Made by a program: the position numbers and the translations under genes. A model generated the notes under the pieces. That model had not been told where the DNA came from and ran no database searches. It worked only from the letters and a program-made list of their open reading frames with translations. 10,817 nt of DNA from Candidatus Thorarchaeota archaeon (GTDB taxonomy: Archaea; Asgardarchaeota; Thorarchaeia; Thorarchaeales; Thorarchaeaceae). This document shows, one piece after another, positions 1-8,194 of the stretch. Positions within the stretch are counted from its first letter, which is position 1; the number at the start of each line of letters is the position of its first letter. The stretch is taken from the NCBI GenBank assembly GCA_048882485.1, contig JBHLRP010000081.1, positions 1 to 10,817 of the forward strand, in the 5' to 3' direction.

Positions 1-225
1 GGAGGGACTGGCAATGAGATTGCACAAGTCCAAGTAGATGTCACTCGTGATATACTGAATGCAATTGGCTGGAAAGGAGAACGTGTCGATATGTTTCGAA
101 TGTTCAGTGCTGAGCCTGAGAGATTCACAAGTGCAATCAGTGAGATGGTTAAACGAGCCAAAAAGCTCGGGCCGACACCAGTGCATACGGGAACGGCTGG
201 CAAATGGATGGAGGTGACCGAGTGA
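1..225 (+). CDS. mvhD: Hydrogenase iron-sulfur subunit (MvhD/FlpD family), 5'-truncated by the window edge
   Basis: Not in the ORF track. Frame 1 reads GGTGNEIAQVQVDVTRDILNAIGWKGERVDMFRMFSAEPERFTSAISEMVKRAKKLGPTPVHTGTAGKWMEVTE*, with TGA at 223-225. This matches the C-terminal half of MvhD (GN...L..lG...eR......saE..rF......mv.....LGP.P). The Cys ligands lie upstream of the window. Confidence 0.8.
   Translation, partial: GGTGNEIAQVQVDVTRDILNAIGWKGERVDMFRMFSAEPERFTSAISEMVKRAKKLGPTPVHTGTAGKWMEVTE
210..217 (+). promoter_or_regulatory. Shine-Dalgarno site GGAGGTGA for the GTG start at 222
   Basis: GGAGGTGA at 210-217 lies 4 nt before GTG 222-224, which overlaps the mvhD stop (GTGA). This indicates translational coupling. 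Confidence 0.75.
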
Positions 226-2489
226 GCGAATCCAAGCGCCTGTCCGATATGGCACCAAAACGAAGACGCATGATGGACATGGTCTTGGCGCTTGGCGGTC
301 TGAAAGAAGAAGCCGTTATCCCCCTCAGCAAGGTTAGTGAGGAGATAGCCACTCTGAAGAGCGAGCTAGAGCCACTTACTGCTGAGATTCTTGCATTTCC
401 CGATGAGTACTTCAAGAAGTTCCTTGACGCCTCTGAGAAGTCTGACATCATCAGTCGAATAACCGATAAAGGGCTACTGAGCCAGGCCACCAGCAACCTT
501 CAGGAGGCCGTTTCTCTCCGTGACACACAGGGCACTCGTGGCCTCCTCAATTTGATAAGTAGCGCATTAGAGGGTCTAGAAGTCACAGATGAGATTGAAG
601 ACACTGCAACGGTCGATATCGAGTCAGTTCTGAGTCCAGTATCTGGTCTAATCACACAGATTGAAGAGGCAGTCACAGAGTTTGAGGTTGATGCCGAAAC
701 TGCTGCGGAATCAGCTCGATCTGAGCTGAAGTCGCTGATTGCCTCGATATCAAAGGCCGTTTCAGGAATCCAAGATGATATCACATCAGCTTTGGACGCT
801 CTTCAGAAGCTAGGGACGAAGACCAGATATGGGCCATTTCTTAGAACCTCAGCCCAAGTGAAACGAGGGATTCGCGAGGGGCGTATTGATGAAACACGCG
901 CATTATGGTTAGTTTCCGAGAATATCCTGACTGAACTCAGACGTGGAGTAATCATGTTCATCCTTTCCAAGATGGGCTCTCGTACGGTCCTCGAAATCAG
1001 CAGACTGATGGAAGCACGTTCATCCGACATCCAAACAGCCATAGTAAGCATGATTCAAAGAGGCGAGGTTGAGATGGTTGGCCTCGACGAGGACGCGCCT
1101 ATATTCTCACGAGTTCTTGAATCCATCCCTAGTTCTACATTAGTATTCAAGAGACTACTGCAACAACTCAATGGCATAGGAAAGTCGCTTGAGGGTGATG
1201 TACAAGCCTCTGTCAACCAATCGGTAGAAAGAATGGAGCCTTTGCTTGGTAGGCTTCAGAAGCTTGGCCAATACGATGAAACCAGTCTTGCTGAACCCAT
1301 GAACAACCTACGAGAAACTATCGATCACGCAACTGAGGCCGTTCTGAAATCAAAGCCTGCAGACAGCTCTGAAGATCTTCGCCTACTTGTTTCTGCAGGT
1401 CTTGAGGCCTTTGCCAGATTCAGACTGAAGATTACACTCGAAAAGGGTCCTAATCTTGTTTCTGGGACCAACGTCTATGGGGAGAAACTAGACCCAGAAG
1501 TCTATGAGAGAATGATGTCCAGCTATCTGGATAACGAGATTGAACGCGGAACAATCCTCATTCTCATCCGTGAATTAGGCGCAATGACCGCCAAGGATCT
1601 TGGAGAGAAGACCAACATCCCAACAGACCGGATCTTGCAGCATCTGCTTCGCATGAAAAGGGACGAGCTGCTCACCTCAGCAGGTGAGAGTCACGGATAT
1701 CTTCTCTATGATGTTCCTAGGACCCCTACAGAGGCTGAACTCGCAATTGAAACAGCAAGTTCTCTGGCACTTCAACTCAATGAGGCGTCATCTGCACTTG
1801 AGGCCCTTCTTCAAGAACTGAAGGCTGAGGACATTGGCAAAGTCGTTATTGCTCTAGAAACCCTGTCAAAGGGTCGTGACAAGTTGATTAAGCTCACGAT
1901 TGAGGGAACTGTGGTGGGAGAGGAGTTGCTCATGGGAATCGAGGAGAAGATACGTTTAGCTGTATCCCTTTCCTACCGTACACGAGCTAAGATTCCCAGT
2001 ACCCGTCCAAAGGTGACATTGGACGACTTGGCAGAGGTGGATGTTCCATCAGTTCTTGATGAATACAAGGCAATGATGGGTTATGCTCCCTTGCTTGGCT
2101 TTGGCACAATCGAGTGGGACATCTCCAAGTGTCTTGGTTGCAAGTCCTGTGAAATTGCATGTCCTGAGGACGCAATTGAACTGAAACCTGTGGTCGAAGT
2201 TTCCAAAATCTTTGACATCTCCGATGAGGCCCTTGACAACCTGCCCGTAAACAGATCGCTCTTCTACAAAACCGTGAAGGGACTTGCAACTCAGAGGCCA
2301 ACAAGTGATATTGTTCTGGCAGATGATTCGCCTGGCTTTGGCAAAGTCGAAGTTGACCTCTGGTTGTGTGTCGCGTGCCGAACATGTGTAAGACGCTGTC
2401 CAGGTCCTGATGAAGGTGCACTTGAGCTGGAACTCAGGTGGAGTCTTCCAGAGGTAGTTCGTCAGATTACAAGCCAGACCGATACCTAG
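222..2489 (+). CDS. Large helical protein with two winged helix-turn-helix modules and a C-terminal 2x[4Fe-4S] ferredoxin domain
   Basis: ORF 204..2489, with the true start probably GTG 222 (SD and GTGA overlap). Two CxxCxxCxxxCP motifs: CLGCKSCEIACP (2130-2165) and CVACRTCVRRCP (2367-2402). Two wHTH-like segments begin at ~933 (ELRRGVIMFILSKMGSRTVLEIS...) and ~1536 (EIERGTILILIRELGAMTAKDLG...). The rest is acidic and helical/coiled-coil-like. Confidence 0.85.
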   Translation: MSESKRLSDMAPKRRRMMDMVLALGGLKEEAVIPLSKVSEEIATLKSELEPLTAEILAFPDEYFKKFLDASEKSDIISRITDKGLLSQATSNLQEAVSLRDTQGTRGLLNLISSALEGLEVTDEIEDTATVDIESVLSPVSGLITQIEEAVTEFEVDAETAAESARSELKSLIASISKAVSGIQDDITSALDALQKLGTKTRYGPFLRTSAQVKRGIREGRIDETRALWLVSENILTELRRGVIMFILSKMGSRTVLEISRLMEARSSDIQTAIVSMIQRGEVEMVGLDEDAPIFSRVLESIPSSTLVFKRLLQQLNGIGKSLEGDVQASVNQSVERMEPLLGRLQKLGQYDETSLAEPMNNLRETIDHATEAVLKSKPADSSEDLRLLVSAGLEAFARFRLKITLEKGPNLVSGTNVYGEKLDPEVYERMMSSYLDNEIERGTILILIRELGAMTAKDLGEKTNIPTDRILQHLLRMKRDELLTSAGESHGYLLYDVPRTPTEAELAIETASSLALQLNEASSALEALLQELKAEDIGKVVIALETLSKGRDKLIKLTIEGTVVGEELLMGIEEKIRLAVSLSYRTRAKIPSTRPKVTLDDLAEVDVPSVLDEYKAMMGYAPLLGFGTIEWDISKCLGCKSCEIACPEDAIELKPVVEVSKIFDISDEALDNLPVNRSLFYKTVKGLATQRPTSDIVLADDSPGFGKVEVDLWLCVACRTCVRRCPGPDEGALELELRWSLPEVVRQITSQTDT

Positions 2490-2568
2490 CCAGCTCTTTG
2501 CCATTTGGCAATGGCCTTATACTGTGCAGTCCTACCAATTCAAGTTTCAATATCAATGAGGGAGAATA

Positions 2569-3768
2569 ATGGTCGATTTTAATCTCACGAAAGAGCAGAC
2601 TGATTTACGGGACAGAGCACGCGAATTCGCTCAGGAGTATATGATCCCATATGCCCATTACTATGACAAGACAGGTGAGTTTCCCCGCCCCATCATCAAG
2701 AAGTGTTGGGAAGCAGGTCTCATGAACTTAGCTATACCAAAGGAGTATGGCGGTTTGGGTTTAGGAGCCATAGAGCAGTGCATAGCAGTGGAAGAAATGG
2801 CTGCAGGCTGTGCGGGAATGACCACCAGCATCTATGTGAACAGTCTTGGTGCTGAACCGATCCTTATTGCCGGGAACGACGAGCAGAAGGAGAAATATCT
2901 ACGCCCCCTCATAGAAGACCTGAAGTTTGTGAGCTTCGCATGTTCAGAACCTGGTATGGGCAGTGATGTAGCTGGAATCAAGACACGCGTAGAGAAGGAT
3001 GGTGATCATTATGTCCTCAACGGATCTAAGTTCTGGATAACAAATGCACCTCATGCTGACTACTTCACAGTCTTTGCAAGTCTAGACCCTAGCAAGAGGC
3101 ACAAGGCATTATGTGCTTTCATTGTTGATGCAGATGCCCCTGGAGTGAAGACCGGTCGTCCGGTAGAAAAGATGGGACACAGAGCATCCACGACTTCTTC
3201 GGTCATTTTTAGAGATGCGAGAGTTCCTGCCGAAAACCTGCTAGGTGAAGAGGGGAAGGGCTTCAGAATTGCAATGCAGACCTTCAGTATGACGAGGCCA
3301 TCAATAGCAGCCTTCGCAACTGGACTGGCCCGGTCCGCAATGGAGTACGCTAGAGAATATGTCAACAGAAGAGAGGCATTCAATCAGAAACTGAAGGACT
3401 TCCAAGTCATCAGTTTCAAACTGGGTGATATGTATGCCAAGGTCGAGGCTGCACGACTTCTATACTTGAAGGCTGCCTGGGCTGCTGATAATGGAATGGA
3501 TCCCACAATTCCGGCGAGCGTTGCGAAGGTCATGGCGACAGAAGCCGCCATGGAAGTGGCTCATCAGGCTGTACAAGTTCATGGTGGGTATGGATACATC
3601 GATCAATACCCAGTGGAGAAGCTGTTCAGAGATGCGAAACTCTACGAGATCTATGAAGGTACCAGTGAGATTCAAAGGCTTGTCATTTCCCGCCATGTGT
3701 TGGACGGCTATAAACCCGCAATGGAGAAGATTCCCAAGTGGTATAACAAGAGCCCTCCGGACTTCTAG
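2569..3768 (+). CDS. Acyl-CoA dehydrogenase (short/medium-chain, butyryl-CoA dehydrogenase-like)
   Basis: Family motifs FACSEPGMGSD, LNGSKFWITN, KMGHRAS, REAFNQKL, QVHGGYGY and KLFRDAKLYEIYEGTSEIQ, with the catalytic Glu in the YEG position as in SCAD/MCAD. RBS GAGGGAG at 2558-2564. Confidence 0.95.
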   Translation: MVDFNLTKEQTDLRDRAREFAQEYMIPYAHYYDKTGEFPRPIIKKCWEAGLMNLAIPKEYGGLGLGAIEQCIAVEEMAAGCAGMTTSIYVNSLGAEPILIAGNDEQKEKYLRPLIEDLKFVSFACSEPGMGSDVAGIKTRVEKDGDHYVLNGSKFWITNAPHADYFTVFASLDPSKRHKALCAFIVDADAPGVKTGRPVEKMGHRASTTSSVIFRDARVPAENLLGEEGKGFRIAMQTFSMTRPSIAAFATGLARSAMEYAREYVNRREAFNQKLKDFQVISFKLGDMYAKVEAARLLYLKAAWAADNGMDPTIPASVAKVMATEAAMEVAHQAVQVHGGYGYIDQYPVEKLFRDAKLYEIYEGTSEIQRLVISRHVLDGYKPAMEKIPKWYNKSPPDF

Positions 3769-3852
3769 GAGGGACATACTCCAATTCCACGTCAGTATTG
3801 TTACACAAGATAAATACGTCTGAATTCACAGCCAGCAATTGAGTTGGATTGC

Positions 3853-4224
3853 ATGTGGATTAAGCGGTTTGATGACTGTGAGGAGATAGTGGCCCTGGAT
3901 GGGACAATACTTCGAGAACTTCTCAACCCTCGTCATGACAAGGAGGACCTGAAGCTCGACTATAGCATTGCTCATGCTATTGTAAAACCAGGTGAGGCAT
4001 CCTTTCCACACAGATTCTTTGAGGCCTCTGAGGTCTATTACATTCTGAGTGGGATAGGACGAATGCATGTCGACGAGAGTTCAACAGAAGTAGGCCCTGG
4101 AGACACAATGTATATCCCACCAAAAGGAATCCAGTACATCGAGAATAATGGATTAGAGGACCTAGTGTTTCTCTGTATCGTGTATCCATCGTGGCATCCA
4201 GATGCAGAAGAGTTGGTCGAGTAG
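3853..4224 (+). CDS. Cupin domain protein (single-domain Cupin_2, mannose-6-phosphate isomerase-like archaeal family)
   Basis: ORF 3844..4224; ATG 3853 is preferred over TTG 3844. Cupin motif 1 PGEASFPHRFFEASEVYYILSGIG and motif 2 GPGDTMYIPPKGIQYIEN. Confidence 0.88.
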   Translation: MWIKRFDDCEEIVALDGTILRELLNPRHDKEDLKLDYSIAHAIVKPGEASFPHRFFEASEVYYILSGIGRMHVDESSTEVGPGDTMYIPPKGIQYIENNGLEDLVFLCIVYPSWHPDAEELVE

Positions 4225-4379
4225 ATTCTCACCGCTTTGTCGCGCCATCTTGAAACTGCACCCCCGTCTTAAAAGCCCGGAATTCAACCAGACCTAGAAA
4301 GGTCTCATATGCATAGAATAGCTGATTCGGCAGAGGGCATCCTCTTAGATACTCTTTTCATATTTTCACTATAGATGTA

Positions 4380-5300
4380 TCATTCCGGTTGAAAGGGGAC
4401 ACAGAGAGATGTCGGCGCTCCAACTATTCTCTTCACCTTTTGCATGTTCAGAAGGACACCCCAGATGATTAGGAAGAGAATAGTGGAGAGGAATGGTAGC
4501 ATGTTTAGGAAGGCAGTTGGCACACCTACCCCTTGAAAAGCGTACCGAAGAACACTGAAAGCTCCGAAGATATAACTCCCTACTAGACCCCCAACAGGAT
4601 GCCATAACCCAACAACTACCAACGCAATGACAATCCAGCCCCGTGCAGTTGTTATGCCTTCAACCCACATTGGAATCCATGCAAGAGTCAGGTATGCTCC
4701 ACCGAGACCACACATCATCCCTCCAAAAACCACGCTAAGGTATCTAATTCGGACCACGTTAACGCCCTGAGTATATGCAGCCATTGGATTCTCTCCAACG
4801 CTTCGTATCATTAGACCATAGCGTGTCCTGAAGAGAATAAACCAAAGAACTGGGACCATTATATACGAGAAATAAACGAGTATGTTCTTGTCAAAGAAGA
4901 TTGGGCCAATAATCGGAATTGCACTCAGACTAGGAATTGCAATGGACCCAAATGGCACTATTGGTATGCCAATTAGACCAAGGCCTAGAATGCTACTCAG
5001 CCCTGTTCCAAGGATTGTCAGTGATATCCCTGAAACAACCTGATTTCGATTGAAGGTGATGGTCACTATTGCGTGAACGAGTGCTAGTAGACCACCTACT
5101 AGTGCTCCAACTAGTGCCCCTATCAAAAGACTACCTGTTGCATGTGCTGCCGCAAAAGCTCCGGCTGCCCCTGAGATTACCATTCCTTCCACACCCAAGT
5201 TCAATATGCCAGAGCGTTCGGTCACCATCTCACCTAAAGTTGGAATCAGGAAAAAGGTGGCAGTTATCACAATCTGGGAACCTGTATGTTCAATCGTCAC
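4380..5300 (-). CDS. ABC transporter permease (BPD_transp_2; nucleoside/simple-sugar importer, NupC-like)
   Basis: LGEMVTERSGILNLGVEGM, RTRYGLMIRSVGENPMAA and GRGW-like ARGWIVIALV motifs; multiple TM helices. GTG start with GGAGGT RBS; overlaps the upstream permease by 11 nt. Confidence 0.92.
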   Translation of the reverse strand: MTIEHTGSQIVITATFFLIPTLGEMVTERSGILNLGVEGMVISGAAGAFAAAHATGSLLIGALVGALVGGLLALVHAIVTITFNRNQVVSGISLTILGTGLSSILGLGLIGIPIVPFGSIAIPSLSAIPIIGPIFFDKNILVYFSYIMVPVLWFILFRTRYGLMIRSVGENPMAAYTQGVNVVRIRYLSVVFGGMMCGLGGAYLTLAWIPMWVEGITTARGWIVIALVVVGLWHPVGGLVGSYIFGAFSVLRYAFQGVGVPTAFLNMLPFLSTILFLIIWGVLLNMQKVKRIVGAPTSLCVPFQPE

Positions 5301-6483
5301 GACGCAACCTCCCTTCTACTGTAAATCTAAGAAAGAATTCTGCAACAAGTACAAAGAACAGAATGGCACCGTTGAATAGATTCACGACACCAAAGGGCAT
5401 TCCTGCAGCCTGTATCTCAATACCCCCAGCTAGAAGTGCTGCGAAGAATAGCGAGCTAAAGATGACTCCAATGGGATTGAGTCCACCAAGCCATGCTACG
5501 GCAATTCCTGTAAATCCAAGCCCTGTGGATATTTCCATCCGTAGCCGGTAGAGATTCGGATTACCCGCAACCTCACTCACTCCAGCAAGACCAGCTAGAC
5601 CTCCAGAAAGCAGTACAGTTATTATCGCAACTTTGAGAAAACTCATTCCCGTCGCCTCACCCGCCTCCGGGTTTTCCCCCATCACATTGATCTCGTAGCC
5701 CAGTTTTGTTTCTGTGATACCTTCTTTGGTTCTCACAAGATATTGGTAGATCAGAAGCGTCAACACGACCGCCACAAAGATGGTCAGATGGATTCTTGTT
5801 GTGCCGGGGATTAACGGGATTCGTGCTGCGTCGGGTAGCAATGGTGACTGAGGAAAGCCCCAACCCTCTCGATCTCGCCATGGACCGGTTACAAGGTATT
5901 CTACTAAATATAGAGCAGGGAACACCAATAGAAAACTGATCACTACATCTGATCCCTTGAACTGACTCTTTACTCTGAAGATTGCTATAGGCAGTGCCCA
6001 AAGAGCGCCTGCTGCAAAGCTTGTCAGGAACATGAGTGGTATCAGAAGTGCGCTTGGCAACTCCGGAAAAGCGAATGCGACTCCCGCAGCTGCTATGGCT
6101 CCGACGATTAGTTGGCCTTCTGCGCCAATATTGTCAATCTTAGCTCGAAATGGTATTGCCAGACCTATGGCCACCAATAACAATGGAATGAAACGGGAGA
6201 GTGTCCCGATTATTCCATACCTAGTGAAGAACGCAACTCCAAAGATTTCAAGATAGAGCTCTAGCGGGTTTTGTCCATAGGCAAGAAACACAAAGGCGAC
6301 CGCTAGCAGTCCGAGAAACAATGAAATTATCCTAATCCCGACTGCCCTCTCAAAAGTGAGTCTAGAAGACCGCTGCTTAAAACGAATCTCAAAGGGCCAG
6401 AGTTTCTTTTTCAGATGGCCTAAAACATCTTTGAGTCTATTCCAAGCAACACTGAGAGTGGTCAAAGAGCCCTCATTGCTCAT
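5290..6483 (-). CDS. ABC transporter permease (BPD_transp_2; nucleoside/simple-sugar importer, NupB-like)
   Basis: NIGAEGQL, LGYEINVMGENPEA, SGGLAGLAG and GFTGIAVAWLGGLNPIG motifs. The ORF runs to 6528, but ATG 6483 (MSNEG...) has a GGAGGAG RBS and an 11-nt overlap with the ATPase stop, so it is the preferred start. Confidence 0.92.
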   Translation of the reverse strand: MSNEGSLTTLSVAWNRLKDVLGHLKKKLWPFEIRFKQRSSRLTFERAVGIRIISLFLGLLAVAFVFLAYGQNPLELYLEIFGVAFFTRYGIIGTLSRFIPLLLVAIGLAIPFRAKIDNIGAEGQLIVGAIAAAGVAFAFPELPSALLIPLMFLTSFAAGALWALPIAIFRVKSQFKGSDVVISFLLVFPALYLVEYLVTGPWRDREGWGFPQSPLLPDAARIPLIPGTTRIHLTIFVAVVLTLLIYQYLVRTKEGITETKLGYEINVMGENPEAGEATGMSFLKVAIITVLLSGGLAGLAGVSEVAGNPNLYRLRMEISTGLGFTGIAVAWLGGLNPIGVIFSSLFFAALLAGGIEIQAAGMPFGVVNLFNGAILFFVLVAEFFLRFTVEGRLRRDD

Positions 6484-8071
6484 GCTGGCTCTCCTCCATT
6501 GGACCCAGGGAGTCAGCAACATATCCACCCATCATGAGACCGACCTGTTCTCTAGTTGCATCTTCCGATGAGAGGGTTCCAATAATCTCACCCTTGTAGA
6601 TAACACTGATTCTATCACTCAGGGTTAGAATCTCGGTTAAATCGCTAGAAACCAGAAGAATAGCAGTTCCCGAGTCACGTTGTCTGAGAAGCTCTTCACG
6701 AACAAACTGGGTGGTCGCCACGTCCAATCCGGATGTTGGATTCTCAGCAATTAGGAGATGTTTTAGGCCTTGTTTTGGTTTACGTGAGATCTCCCTTGCA
6801 ACGACGACCTTCTGCTTATTTCCACCTGACAAACTTCTCATTGGCGCCAACGGACTAGGGGTGTCTACTGAGAACTGCTCAATGAGTTTGTCTGTTAGAC
6901 TGACAATTGTCTCGTGATCAATGAGGGGCCCTTTCGAATCGGAGTAGTAGCTCATCATTAGATTCTCTCTTACTGAGAGATCTAAAACCATTGCCTTCTT
7001 TCTATTCTCGGGAATGTATGATACACCAAGATTCCTGATTTTGGCAATGGACATGTTAGTGACATTCATTTCGCCAGTATCCGAATGTAATATGACCGCA
7101 CCGGATTTTATATCCCGCATATGCACAATGGATTCGAGCAGCTCCCTTTGACCGTTACCTGCAATCCCGGCAAGACCGAGGATTTCTCCACTTCGTACAT
7201 CGAGGCTGATATTGTTCACAACTTGCATTCCCATATCGTTGTCAACACAGACATCTCGGACCTGCATCACAATTTGCCCTTCTTGCAGCTTTGTTCGTTT
7301 CAGGTCATACAATGCGTCACGACCCACCATTAAGCGAGCAAGCTCTCGAACACCCTTACTCGGATTGGCCTTCAATTGTTGGACCCATTCTTCGTCGAGC
7401 GTGTCAACCACTTGACCTCGTCTTAGAACGGTTATCCTATCGCTTATTCTGATTGCCTCCTCAAGGTGATGAGTAATAATCACTATTGCCTTTCCCTGAG
7501 CTTTCAATGACTCAAGAAGTGCGAAAAGGCCATCAACCTCAGGTGGAGTCAGCATAGAGGTTGGTTCATCAAGAATGATTATTCTTGGATCGGTTATTAG
7601 GGCCTTAAGTATCTCAACACGCTGTTTCTCTCCGCCTGAGAGCTTCCATACAGCCATTTTTGGGTCTAGTTCACCTAGGTCAAATTTCTGCAATGCCTCT
7701 CTTACTGCATCTTCTACCGCATCTATGGATAGAAGAAAGCCCTTTGTTAAACTCAGGACATTTTCTGCAACAGTGTGTCTTTCAATCAGAGTGCGGGAAA
7801 GGTCCTGATATGCAATCCCTATCCCATGTTCAAGAGCGTCACGCGGTGTCTTTAGATCGAGTTCCCTACCTTCTATAATTACAGATCCACTGTCTGGTCT
7901 TCGACACAGATTCATGATGAGTGTGCTTTTTCCTGCGCCGTTTTCACCAAGAAGGGCATGAATCTCTCCCTTTCTAAGCTTGAAATTGACATTGTCATTG
8001 GCACGGATTTCTACTTCACCCTCTCCGTAGAAGGTCTTGCAGACTTCTCGCATCTCTAGTGCAGTTTCCAT
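6473..8071 (-). CDS. ABC transporter ATP-binding protein with two fused NBDs (CUT2 family, NupA-like)
   Basis: NBD1: Walker A GENGAGKST, LSGGEKQRVEI, Walker B IIILDEPT, H-loop ITHH. NBD2: degenerate Walker A GIAGNGQ, LSGGNKQK, NPTSGLDV. RBS GAGGAGG. Confidence 0.95.
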   Translation of the reverse strand: METALEMREVCKTFYGEGEVEIRANDNVNFKLRKGEIHALLGENGAGKSTLIMNLCRRPDSGSVIIEGRELDLKTPRDALEHGIGIAYQDLSRTLIERHTVAENVLSLTKGFLLSIDAVEDAVREALQKFDLGELDPKMAVWKLSGGEKQRVEILKALITDPRIIILDEPTSMLTPPEVDGLFALLESLKAQGKAIVIITHHLEEAIRISDRITVLRRGQVVDTLDEEWVQQLKANPSKGVRELARLMVGRDALYDLKRTKLQEGQIVMQVRDVCVDNDMGMQVVNNISLDVRSGEILGLAGIAGNGQRELLESIVHMRDIKSGAVILHSDTGEMNVTNMSIAKIRNLGVSYIPENRKKAMVLDLSVRENLMMSYYSDSKGPLIDHETIVSLTDKLIEQFSVDTPSPLAPMRSLSGGNKQKVVVAREISRKPKQGLKHLLIAENPTSGLDVATTQFVREELLRQRDSGTAILLVSSDLTEILTLSDRISVIYKGEIIGTLSSEDATREQVGLMMGGYVADSLGPMEESQHEQ

Positions 8072-8150
8072 GGGAGCCTCCTCTGTGTTCTTAGGATTTC
8101 TTTACGGGAAGATGTGATATTTCAATGATAGGCTTGGACACAGCAATTGC

Positions 8151-8183
8151 GAAAAAGAAAGAAACGGGGGATTGCAATCCCCC
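8151..8183 (-). terminator. Hairpin plus U-rich intrinsic terminator or processing site after the binding-protein gene
   Basis: Perfect 18-bp palindrome GGGGGATTGCAATCCCCC (8166-8183), 11 nt after the stop codon. On the - strand it is followed by GTTTCTTTCTTTTTC. Confidence 0.8.
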
Positions 8184-8194
8184 TACAATGCTCA

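Noticed and set aside
226-320. SECIS element downstream of mvhD (MvhD/VhuD is a selenoprotein in some archaea)
   Set aside because: An AUGA...UGA pair exists at ~270-303 but without a proper stem or apical AA. Any Sec codons would lie outside the window.
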